Assembly: GCA_965247095.1 (NCBI GenBank)
Contig: OZ251997.1
Coordinates: 4,256,001 to 4,320,000 of the forward strand
Length of the DNA: 64,000 nt
DNA from: Candidatus Multivorans sp.
GTDB lineage: Bacteria; Acidobacteriota; Thermoanaerobaculia; Multivoradales; Multivoraceae
Direction of reading: 5' to 3'
Shown here: positions 38,265 through 46,940 of the stretch, in pieces
Layout of the letters: each line of letters starts with the position of its first letter
Numbering within the stretch: the first letter of the stretch is position 1
The notes under the pieces: generated by a model
What the model saw: the letters and a program-made list of their open reading frames with translations, nothing else
What the model was told of the DNA's origin: nothing
Databases searched by the model: none
Made by a program: the position numbers and the translations under genes

Positions 38265-39533
38265 TCATTGGGAATGCTCTTCCATCCACTGAAGCGCCGC
38301 TTCGAGCACCGCGTCCTCGCCGGCCCCGCTCGGCTCGACGAGCTTGGGCGGCACGAATTCCTCCCGCGGTGTCCCGTCAACGTGGTAGAGGCGCTCAGCC
38401 GGTACGCGGACCTGAATCCCCGTGTGCCTGAGAGTGTGGTTGTACAGCGCGCCTCGCAGGCCCGCCATGGCGGTGCCGAAGACGGTCGCGCGCCCCATAC
38501 CGTCCAGGCCGATTGCGATGCCCTCGCCCATGCTCCCGGTCCAGCGTCCGACCAGCACGGCGATATGTTTGTCGTAGGTGAAGGGACCACGCGGTTTCAC
38601 CTCCTCGACCCAGGTTCGCCCGCCCGGAATCTCGTGACGCTGATAGGGCTGGGCCTCCGCCACCAGGCGGCCCATGATGGGGCGCGCGACGACCGTGTCG
38701 CCGCCGCTGGGTGTGTCCCGGAGATCGAGGATCAGTCCATCCGTTTGCCGGAGCGTCATGAGCGCGGCATCCCATTCCCTGATGAGAGCGGACTGACCCA
38801 GACTGTTGTGGATACGGACATAGCCGATGCTGTTGTCCATCACCGTCGCGGTCAGCATCGAACCGGGCCTGTCGGTCAGACCGGGCTGGAACTCGATACT
38901 CCGCAGCTCAGAGTCCGTGCGGCCTTCAAGCTGAACCGCCGCGTTCTGCCGTCCGGCGAGCAGCGCGCGAAGCGCCCAGTCACGGGCGTCGGCCTCGTCT
39001 GGGTCGATAGCTTCGCCCAGGCGATCCACTACGGCCTCCTGGACCGGGCGGCCATCGATCGTCACGATCTCCATCCCCGGCTGCAGCCCGACCCGCTCGG
39101 CGTCCGAGCCGGCCCGCACCTGAGTGATGAGGGCCGTACCGCCCCAGTGGACGGCCCAGACATCGGCGCCGGTCGGCACCAGCCGGGGCGACGCCGCCGT
39201 GTTCACGCCCAGGTGAGCGTGGTGATCGTAGAGATGCTCGACGAGTTCCTCGAGCAGGCCGATGAACTCGTCGGTGTCACGGACCGCCGCGACCCGCGGG
39301 CGCAACAGATCCCGCACTTGGTCCCAGTCGACAGCCTTGTCGTCGAGATAGGCGTAGGTGTCGCCGATGAAGGTCCAGGCCGAGTCGAAATCCTCGACGT
39401 AGTCGGACGAAGACGTTGGTGCCGGTTGCTGTTGACAGGAAACGGCGCTGGCAAGTGCCGCCGTGACGACCGCTGCGAGCACCGACAGCACACCGGCACG
39501 TCTCCCGTTCGGATGTCGGGCCAAGGGCGTCAC
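38265..39533 (-). CDS. S41 family (tail-specific) peptidase with PDZ domain
   Basis: GYVRI, LILDLRDTPSGG, TGSMGE. Confidence 0.88.
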   Translation of the reverse strand: MTPLARHPNGRRAGVLSVLAAVVTAALASAVSCQQQPAPTSSSDYVEDFDSAWTFIGDTYAYLDDKAVDWDQVRDLLRPRVAAVRDTDEFIGLLEELVEHLYDHHAHLGVNTAASPRLVPTGADVWAVHWGGTALITQVRAGSDAERVGLQPGMEIVTIDGRPVQEAVVDRLGEAIDPDEADARDWALRALLAGRQNAAVQLEGRTDSELRSIEFQPGLTDRPGSMLTATVMDNSIGYVRIHNSLGQSALIREWDAALMTLRQTDGLILDLRDTPSGGDTVVARPIMGRLVAEAQPYQRHEIPGGRTWVEEVKPRGPFTYDKHIAVLVGRWTGSMGEGIAIGLDGMGRATVFGTAMAGLRGALYNHTLRHTGIQVRVPAERLYHVDGTPREEFVPPKLVEPSGAGEDAVLEAALQWMEEHSQ

Positions 39534-39608
39534 GCAGGCACCTCGGGCGATGTTAGCGGGTCGAATGGCGTCAACTCGTCCCCGGCTAGGTCACTGGCTG
39601 AATACCAG

Positions 39609-39669
39609 TTTATAGCGATCTGCCTCATTTATAGCGAGACTAGCTATAAATCGGGCAGAACCCTATAAT
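39609..39669. promoter_or_regulatory. Repeated TTTATAGC operator-like sites upstream of the AAA ATPase
   Basis: TTTATAGCGA twice; palindrome ATTTATAGC-N7-GCTATAAAT; TATAAT at 39664-39669. Confidence 0.55.
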
Positions 39670-39675
39670 CGTCCG

Positions 39676-40866
39676 ATGGACCCGATCCGGAACCCCTACA
39701 GCCCAGGTGCCGGCAGTCCGCCGCCCGCACTCGTAGGTCGCGATGCTGAGCTTGAGATCATCCGTGTCGCGCTCGAGCGTCTTCGGCTCGGCCGTTCCGC
39801 CAAGAGCGTGATTCTGACTGGCCTGCGCGGCGTCGGGAAGACGGTCCTCTTGCGGGAGTTTCGTCGCCTCGGCCAAGAGCGGGACTGGGTCTGCCAGCCG
39901 CTTGAGGCCAGCGAGGGGATGCGACTCCCCCAAGCTGTGGCCGAACTGGTGCGCAAGGTGCTCTTGCGGCTTTCACCGGCGCAGAATCTGGCCGAGCGAG
40001 CGCGGCGGGCGCTCGGCGTGCTCAAGTCGTTCCAGATGCGTTGGAACCTTCCCGACGGCGGTGACGTCACCGTCGGCCTGGATCCCGTTCCCGGTTGGGC
40101 GGATTCCGGGCTCCTGGACGAGGACCTCGGTGGCCTGTTCACAGAGGTCGGCGAAACCGCACGCGAGCGAGGGAAGGGCGTTCTGGTCACCTTGGACGAG
40201 GCGCAGTACCTGAAACGGAAGGACTTGGGCGCCCTGATCGTTGGTCTGCACCAGGTGAATCAGGAGCAGCTACCGTTTCTGGTGGTCGCTGCCGGCCTGC
40301 CGTCGGTGCCCGCGCTCGCGGGCGAAGCGAAGTCCTATGCGGAGCGCCTGTTCGACTTCCGGTCCATCAGCACTCTGAACGACGTCGATGCCAGAGCGGC
40401 CCTGGAACAGCCCGCGATGGAGGAGGAAGTCACCTGGCAGCCGGCGGCGCTCGACCGGATCGTCAGCGAGACGAAGGGGTATCCGTACTTCTTGCAAGAG
40501 TTCGGCAAGCAGACGTGGAACATGGCCGAAGGCCCTGGCAGGATCACCGCCGCCGATGTCGATGCCGCGGTTCCGACTGTCGTTGATGAACTGGACACCG
40601 GCTTCTTTCTCGTCCGGATCGACCGGACGACGGATGCGGAGCGCGAGTATCTGGTCGCCATGGCTTCATTCGGGAAGGGCCCCTACTCGTCCGGCGGTGT
40701 CGCCGCGAAGTTGGGGAAGGACACGCCGGGAGTGGCCTCACTACGCGACAAGCTGATCAAGAAGGGGCTGTGCTACTCGCCCCGTCATGGCGAGATCGAC
40801 TTCACCGTGCCTCTGTTCGACGACTTCGTCCGCCGTCGCTTGCGGGACGCGCAAAGAAGAACGTGA
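39676..40866 (+). CDS. AAA-family ATPase with C-terminal winged helix
   Basis: NPYSPGAG, GLRGVGKT, TLDEAQ, GYPYFLQ, LIKKGL...FTVPLF. Confidence 0.9.
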   Translation: MDPIRNPYSPGAGSPPPALVGRDAELEIIRVALERLRLGRSAKSVILTGLRGVGKTVLLREFRRLGQERDWVCQPLEASEGMRLPQAVAELVRKVLLRLSPAQNLAERARRALGVLKSFQMRWNLPDGGDVTVGLDPVPGWADSGLLDEDLGGLFTEVGETARERGKGVLVTLDEAQYLKRKDLGALIVGLHQVNQEQLPFLVVAAGLPSVPALAGEAKSYAERLFDFRSISTLNDVDARAALEQPAMEEEVTWQPAALDRIVSETKGYPYFLQEFGKQTWNMAEGPGRITAADVDAAVPTVVDELDTGFFLVRIDRTTDAEREYLVAMASFGKGPYSSGGVAAKLGKDTPGVASLRDKLIKKGLCYSPRHGEIDFTVPLFDDFVRRRLRDAQRRT

Positions 40867-40944
40867 TCGCGGTCGCGCCCTACTCGGTGGCTGCGAAAGC
40901 GGCGAAGCGGAACTCCCGGAAGGTTCGCTACCCCGGCCGTCGCC

Positions 40945-41400
40945 TCAGTTCGCGCACAGTCGGGGTTGCCGCAGCAGCCAGCGGCGGCATTCGGATCCCT
41001 TTCCCTCCGGGTACACCTTGCCACGCGGGTCGGCAAGGTGTTTCTCGTTCTTGAAGTCCTCGCGCAGGGCCTCGTCGCGCGAGTAGAGGAGCCTCGCCCC
41101 GCTCAGCCGGGCAAGGGCGAGAACGTGCTGGTCGTTGGATCGAACGGTCTCCTGGGAAGCCAACACGTGCGCTTCCTCGTTCACCAGAGCGTCCGGAATG
41201 TCCTTGGCGCTGCCTCGGAGCAAAGCCTGACGCAGCCATTCTCTGAACGATTCGTGACTGGTAAGTTCCTGGCGCAAGCGGCCGCCTACGGTCAAGCGCC
41301 CCCTACCCGACTCGATCCAGAGCCTGAACTCCCTCGCTCCGGGTGGGGGGTCACTCGTGAACACGGCGGAAACCGCGCTCGCGTCGAGAATTGCGCACAC
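40945..41400 (-). CDS. PIN-domain-like protein
   Basis: ILDAS...SNDQHVLALA...LLYSRD acidic pattern. Confidence 0.65.
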   Translation of the reverse strand: MCAILDASAVSAVFTSDPPPGAREFRLWIESGRGRLTVGGRLRQELTSHESFREWLRQALLRGSAKDIPDALVNEEAHVLASQETVRSNDQHVLALARLSGARLLYSRDEALREDFKNEKHLADPRGKVYPEGKGSECRRWLLRQPRLCAN

Positions 41401-41405
41401 GACCG

Positions 41406-42773
41406 CTACAGCCCGATCGACCGATTCGTCTCTTCCATGAAGAACCGGCGGTAACTGGGCGGCGCGCCCAGAATGTTCCCGGCGTCATCAATCCGTAGAG
41501 AGTGGATGCGCACCTCCAACTCCCAGCGCTCGAAGAACAGAATCGAGACGTCTTCGGGTTTCAGACCGGTGGTTCCGTCGCGGATGTCCATGCGCACCCG
41601 GTCGATCAGGTGGTCACCGTGGGTCTCGACGATCAACTGCTTCCCGTGCGCGGCCACGCTGCAGAAGAGCGAGCCGAGAGCGGCTTGGGCGCTTGGATGG
41701 AGGTGGACCTCCGGTTGCTGCAGGAGGAACATGCCTGGCGCATCCGAGCGGAGGAGCTCCGTGATGACAGGAAGCACCTGACTGACGCCATAGCCCACGT
41801 CGGTCAGATTCCTCCACGGTCCCTTGAGCCGCCGGCTTCCCGATTTTCTGACCTGAATCTGGAAGGGCTCGCTGCTCGTCTTCCCGAGGCGCCTGACGCG
41901 CATCTCGTCGAAGAGTCCTGAAGACTGTCCGAAGTCTTCGAGGGCGCGGTGCAATGCCCTCCAGTTCCCCTGGCTGCGTTGCGCCATGTCCGCGAGGTAC
42001 ATGGGAACGGCTTCTCCCTCGGGATCTCGGGTCAAGCGTGATGGGTCATAGGTGCGGCGTGGCTTTGAACGGACCGGTGCGCTTGCATAGGGTTGGCCGT
42101 GAGACAACACGCTAGTGCCGAGAACGGCGATTCTCATTATGTGCTTGCGGTCTTCCGCGGTAGGGAGTCTTGGGCCGCACAGGCTGATCCAGCCCGAATC
42201 TGACGCGTTCCTGTCGCCGTTCTTCCCGGATAGCAGAGTATCCAGCACGAAGATCAAGGGTGTCAGAATGCGCCGCTCATAGAAGGGAAGGCTGGGGTCG
42301 AAATCGGGTTTGAGGTTGCAGCTCCAATGCCCGTTCGAAGTCCCGACAGTGACTTCCTCGTCATGCACATCGAGGTGGATGAACGCATCGCGGTAGGAGA
42401 CATGTCTCTTGCTGAGTGCTGGTTGGTTGCGATCTCGCGCGAACGTGAAGTCGAAGGAGCACTCTTCCTTCCGGCGCGAAGGATCCTCAGTCGGTGGGAG
42501 GACGTTGGCGGTGTACCCGGCCTCGAAGGCGGTTGCGCGACTGCCCCTCGCTCCTCGGTGATGCGCGATCTCGTCGAAGCTGCCGAGATCGTATGGGGCT
42601 TCCTTGAAGTCCGGCAGTTCGTGGCGGTAGCCGAGATCCCACAGTGCGCGGATCAGCGCCAGGAAGGAGGTCTTGCCGGTGCTGTTCTCGCCGACGAGGA
42701 GAGTGAGCGGGGCCAGCCGCGCGGTTTGTTCGTCGCGAAAGCAGCGGTAGCCGCGGAGTCTGATCTCGTTCAT
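41406..42773 (-). CDS. ABC/AAA_21-type ATPase (DUF3696-like C-terminus)
   Basis: GENSTGKT, DVGYGVSQVL, QQPEVHLHP, IVETHGDHL. Confidence 0.85.
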   Translation of the reverse strand: MNEIRLRGYRCFRDEQTARLAPLTLLVGENSTGKTSFLALIRALWDLGYRHELPDFKEAPYDLGSFDEIAHHRGARGSRATAFEAGYTANVLPPTEDPSRRKEECSFDFTFARDRNQPALSKRHVSYRDAFIHLDVHDEEVTVGTSNGHWSCNLKPDFDPSLPFYERRILTPLIFVLDTLLSGKNGDRNASDSGWISLCGPRLPTAEDRKHIMRIAVLGTSVLSHGQPYASAPVRSKPRRTYDPSRLTRDPEGEAVPMYLADMAQRSQGNWRALHRALEDFGQSSGLFDEMRVRRLGKTSSEPFQIQVRKSGSRRLKGPWRNLTDVGYGVSQVLPVITELLRSDAPGMFLLQQPEVHLHPSAQAALGSLFCSVAAHGKQLIVETHGDHLIDRVRMDIRDGTTGLKPEDVSILFFERWELEVRIHSLRIDDAGNILGAPPSYRRFFMEETNRSIGL

Positions 42774-42924
42774 GGGTCGTTGACTTCTTGGCGCGGCGGC
42801 CAGCGCCGGCGGGACCGTGCCGGCTGTGAGATGTCTGTTCCGATCCTGTTGTGCCGCTGGGGGTGGGTGCCGGTGGGGTGTTCGGCTGACCTTGGTGCCA
42901 CCACGCCCCAGACCAGCCGCTACC

Positions 42925-44475
42925 TTAATCGTACACCCCGTCCGCGAACCACCGCTCCGACCTCCGGTCGCGGTAGATCCGGCACACGGCGCCGTTCCGC
43001 AGTTCCACGTCCCAGTAGTCCCGCAGGGCCGGGGCCTCTCGCCACCAGCCCTCCTCGATCTCCCAGGGACCGGCGGCGGTGCGGACGGGGCCCTCGATGC
43101 GGACGTGGCGTTCATCGCTCGGCAGGGGGTTGATCTGCACCGGTTCGGGGCAGGGCGTGGAGGCCTCGACCGTCAGCACCTCGACCTCGAGTGGCGGCCG
43201 CAGGGTGCGGACCGCCAGCATGCCGCGGCCCGGACGGGGTTCGAGCCGGATGCGTGGCGGTGGGGGCGGGTCGTAGTCGGCCAGCCGGAAGCGTTCCGGC
43301 AGGTGGCCGTTCCTGGTGCGTGGCGAGCCGACCCGGTTCGGGCCGAGCAGGGCGAGCAGCCGGGCGGTGACGGCGGCCAGACGGTCGGGCGACAGGGCGG
43401 CCGGACCGAGCAGGCTGAGTTGAGCTTGGCGCGGTACATCGGGGTGGGCCGCTAGCTGCATGCCGAGAATCGGCGCTCGCGGTGGCGCCGCCTCCAGGTT
43501 GAGACGGATCAGGGACAGCAGCGTTCGGGCCTCACGCGTGGGCGCCGGCAGCTCGATTGCAAGTTCGTGGAAGCCTTCGGGTTCTAGCTTGAGCGACAGT
43601 TCGAGCCGCTTGCAGCCCATGCCCCGGGCTTCGAGCCGGGCGGTGAGCCGTTCGACCGCGCCGCGGGCGACGAACAGGAACGGTTCCAGGTTGTCGATCG
43701 GCCACTCGAAGGTCTGCGACTCGCGGAAGGTGGGCGGCGGCGGACGGGGAGTGAGCGGCGCCGGATCGACGCCCCGGGCGGCGGCATGGAGCGCCGTTCC
43801 GCGCCCGCCGAGACGGCTGTGGACCTCGCCAGCCGGCAGGCCGGCCAGATCGCCGACGGTGCGCAGGCCCCAGAGCTTCAGCGTGTGGAGGATCTCCTGG
43901 TCGTCGCCGTCCGGCGCCGTGCCGCCGGAACCGCCGCCGCTTTCGAGCAGGGAGTTGAGCGGCAACGGCGCCAGGAACCGGGCTTCGCCGCGTGGCGCCA
44001 CGACGTTCGGCGACCGCGGCAGGGCGGCCGCGGCCCGCGCCGCGAGCTTGCTGCCGGCGATGCCGACCCGCCCGGGCAGGCCGGCGGCATCCATGTCCCG
44101 CATCATCGTCTGGCCGAGGCTGTGCTCGTCATCGACCGCGATGTCGAGGTAGACCATGCCCTCACCGCCGTCCTCGACCCGGGGCGAGAAGGCGCCGGCG
44201 ATCTCGAGCAGCACTTCCTGCGCGGTGTGTTCGCGCTCCGGGTCGCGGACACGGTCGACCAGGCCGGATTCGATGTTCCGGGCCTGGGTCACGGTCAGCC
44301 CCGGCCGCACTCCCGCGCGGCGCGCCAACCGGGAAGCGGCGACGATCCGCGCCGAGGGGCCTTCGTGGACCACGACCGCTTCGCGGGCGAGTTCCGGCGC
44401 CCCCCGCAGGTAGGCCGCCAATGGAAACAACGCCGCCCTGATGCAGGCGATGCGGGACCTGCGTTTAGCCGGCAC
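42925..44475 (-). CDS. imuB: ImuB, Y-family polymerase-like accessory protein
   Basis: ARRAGVRPGLTVTQA, FSPRVE, FLAPLPL, clamp-type QLSLL, GPWEIEEGWW...RDYW. Confidence 0.9.
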   Translation of the reverse strand: MPAKRRSRIACIRAALFPLAAYLRGAPELAREAVVVHEGPSARIVAASRLARRAGVRPGLTVTQARNIESGLVDRVRDPEREHTAQEVLLEIAGAFSPRVEDGGEGMVYLDIAVDDEHSLGQTMMRDMDAAGLPGRVGIAGSKLAARAAAALPRSPNVVAPRGEARFLAPLPLNSLLESGGGSGGTAPDGDDQEILHTLKLWGLRTVGDLAGLPAGEVHSRLGGRGTALHAAARGVDPAPLTPRPPPPTFRESQTFEWPIDNLEPFLFVARGAVERLTARLEARGMGCKRLELSLKLEPEGFHELAIELPAPTREARTLLSLIRLNLEAAPPRAPILGMQLAAHPDVPRQAQLSLLGPAALSPDRLAAVTARLLALLGPNRVGSPRTRNGHLPERFRLADYDPPPPPRIRLEPRPGRGMLAVRTLRPPLEVEVLTVEASTPCPEPVQINPLPSDERHVRIEGPVRTAAGPWEIEEGWWREAPALRDYWDVELRNGAVCRIYRDRRSERWFADGVYD

Positions 44476-45349
44476 GCCTCAGCACCTCGGCGGGCGAGCC
44501 GGAGCGGCTGGTTTCCGTCGATCGAGGCGGTGCGACGGGCAGGGGGCGCCGCAGGCTGCCGGTGAGAACGCGCAGTTCGACGTCGGCGGCCGCGCCCGGC
44601 CGTTCGCCGCGCGACTTGGCGAGTTCCAGGCGGGTCGCGAGTCCGTCGAGCAACCGCGGGCTCCTCGGCGCGGCCTGCGCCCAGAGAGCGCGAACGGGGG
44701 GCGTCTCGCCCCCTGGGAACGCGGGCGTCTCGCCCGCATTCCGGACCGGCGACGTGCGCGATCCCAGGTCGATGATTTTCTGCGGCGCCGTGCCGCCGGC
44801 GCGGTACGGGCTGGCGATCAGCAGTGCCGTCTGATGATCCTCCGCCGCGCGGCGCAGCCGCAGCCACGCGGACTCCTTGCCGCGGCCGCCGGGCACCGGG
44901 GGCAGTCCGAGATCGATCGCGACCAGGGGAAAGCCGCCGCCGATCAGCACTTCGGCGCTGCCCAGCGCCTGCTTCAGCCGCTTGGGCCGCGCCCAGAGCA
45001 GTCGTTCGAGGACGACTCCGGCCCGCGCCGCTGCCTGCGGATCGAAGTGATCTCCCAGATCGACCAGCGCCGCCGATTCACCGCTCTGGGTGGCGCCGGC
45101 CAGAAGCTCCAGCACCAGGGAGAAGCGGCCGCTGCTTCGAGGGCCGACCAGCTCGACCGTCTGCCCGCGACAGATCCCGCCGCCGAGCAACCGGTCGACG
45201 CCAGAAAGCCGCGTGGCGAACAGTTCAGCGTCCGTCTCCTGAATACTGATCGCGGGACTGTCGCCCACCAGCTCCCGCCCGCGCCGGATCTGGCGCACCA
45301 GCGACCGCGGCCACTGCGGGTCGGTGAGAGCTGCGGGCAGGGAAGTCAC
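44465..45349 (-). CDS. imuA: ImuA, RecA-like protein (start uncertain)
   Basis: VDRLLGGGICRGQTVELVGPRSSGR, ALVD..DHFDP, LERLLW; directly upstream of imuB. Confidence 0.85.
   Translation of the reverse strand: MTSLPAALTDPQWPRSLVRQIRRGRELVGDSPAISIQETDAELFATRLSGVDRLLGGGICRGQTVELVGPRSSGRFSLVLELLAGATQSGESAALVDLGDHFDPQAAARAGVVLERLLWARPKRLKQALGSAEVLIGGGFPLVAIDLGLPPVPGGRGKESAWLRLRRAAEDHQTALLIASPYRAGGTAPQKIIDLGSRTSPVRNAGETPAFPGGETPPVRALWAQAAPRSPRLLDGLATRLELAKSRGERPGAAADVELRVLTGSLRRPLPVAPPRSTETSRSGSPAEVLRRAG
44691..44742. repeat. Tandem REP-like palindromes inside imuA
   Basis: GAACGGGGGGCGTCTCGCCCCC followed by TGGGAACGCGGGCGTCTCGCCCGC. Confidence 0.7.
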
Positions 45350-45633
45350 GGCGCCGAGGGACGCGAAACGCGAGAAGCGGGAAGGTGGGAAGAGAGCATC
45401 ATAGCGCAACTAGGGCGTAAACAGGAAGCTCACTTGCTGCGGCGTTCGCCGCTGCGCATAGGCCCGTACAACGGCCACTGATGGATCGTGTTAAAACTTG
45501 GGAGCCAAAAGTTAATAACTCGAACCCATATTCAACCTTCCCGCTGTGGTAAAACTTATCCTCTAACTCTTCATAGTCGGTTGGCCAATGCAGAGTTGTT
45601 CAACTGAGCTGAGGTCAGGAGTCGGACCACTCG

Positions 45634-46791
45634 ATGGAACGTCCAACACCGGGTCGCTACGAAGTCACCGTCGGGGGAGGCGAGCAGGTGCGCGCCTTCA
45701 TTCCAGCGCCCCTGCCGCCGCAACCCCCGCTGAACCTCGAAGGCCCCCTGCTGCGATCCCTGGAAGCCGCCAGTCTCGCCCTTGGGCGGCTGGAGGGAGC
45801 GAATCAACTCCTGGAGCCGACGCTCTTCGTCTACTCCTACGTCCGCAAGGAGGCGGTGCTGTCCTCCCAGATTGAGGGCACTCAGTCGTCGCTCTCCGAT
45901 CTCCTGCTGTTCGAGCTCGACCAGGCGCCGGGCGTGCCGCGCGCCGATGCGGCCGAGGTCTCACGCTACGTTGCTGCCCTGGAACACGGCCTGAAACGCC
46001 TTGGCGAGAACTTCCCCCTCTCGAACCGTCTGATCCGTGAACTACACGGCATCCTGCTGTCTGCCGGCCCCGGCGCGAGCAAGGCTCCGGGTGAGTTTCG
46101 CCGCTCCCAGAATTGGATCGGTGGCACCCGTCCTGGCAACGCCGTCTTCGTGCCACCTCCGCACCTCGCTGTGCCCGACTGCATGGCGGACCTTGAGCGC
46201 TTTCTGCACGCCAGGGACGACGGTTTGCCGACCTTGGTTCAAGCTGGCTTGGCCCATGTGCAGTTCGAGACGATCCACCCCTTCCTCGACGGCAACGGCC
46301 GCGTAGGCCGGCTGCTCATCACCCTGCTGTTGTGTGAAGCCGGGGTGCTGAGCCAGCCGCTCCTCTACCTCAGCGTCTACTTTAAACGCCACCGGGACCA
46401 GTACTACGAACTGCTCGACCGCGTCCGTCACACCGGCGATTGGGAGTCCTGGCTGGCGTTCTTTCTTGAGGGTGTACAAGAGACGGCCGAGAATGCCGCG
46501 GCGACAGCGCGGCGCCTCACCGAACGGTTCACGGCCGACCGGGAACGCATCGCAGCCGAGAGTCGCCGAGCCGGCTCGGCGCTTCGCGTCCACGAGGCTT
46601 TCCAGGAACGTCCTATCCTCTCCATTCCCGAGACGTGCAAGCGCACCGGCCTCTCGTTTCCGGCCGTTTCTGCCGCTCTGAGACTCCTGGAACGCGCTGA
46701 CCTCGTCCGAGAGATCACCGGCTTCAGCCGGAACCGGGTGTACGTCTACAGCGAGTATCTGAGGATCCTGAACGAGGGCGTGGAGACCTAG
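45634..46791 (+). CDS. Fic family protein with C-terminal HTH
   Basis: EAVLSSQIEG (inhibitory helix) and HPFLDGNGRVGR. Confidence 0.94.
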   Translation: MERPTPGRYEVTVGGGEQVRAFIPAPLPPQPPLNLEGPLLRSLEAASLALGRLEGANQLLEPTLFVYSYVRKEAVLSSQIEGTQSSLSDLLLFELDQAPGVPRADAAEVSRYVAALEHGLKRLGENFPLSNRLIRELHGILLSAGPGASKAPGEFRRSQNWIGGTRPGNAVFVPPPHLAVPDCMADLERFLHARDDGLPTLVQAGLAHVQFETIHPFLDGNGRVGRLLITLLLCEAGVLSQPLLYLSVYFKRHRDQYYELLDRVRHTGDWESWLAFFLEGVQETAENAAATARRLTERFTADRERIAAESRRAGSALRVHEAFQERPILSIPETCKRTGLSFPAVSAALRLLERADLVREITGFSRNRVYVYSEYLRILNEGVET

Positions 46792-46940
46792 GAGGAGAAG
46801 GCGGGAGGGCAGGCGCCCGCGACACTCGTGCGCCCCGCGTTTCGGGTTACCATCGTCGTCGCCCGGTTCGGCGCGTAAGCGGCCGACGGGCGGTCCTGAC
46901 CTTGCCAGCATGAGCGGACCCTCTCGCGGCGCCGATTGCG

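Noticed and set aside
45390-45440. Canonical LexA box upstream of imuA
   Set aside because: No match seen to CTGT-N8-ACAG, GAAC-N4-GTTC or GTTC-N7-GTTC
46801-46827. Possible degenerate REP downstream of fic
   Set aside because: Only partial similarity to the REP consensus; could arise by chance in GC-rich DNA
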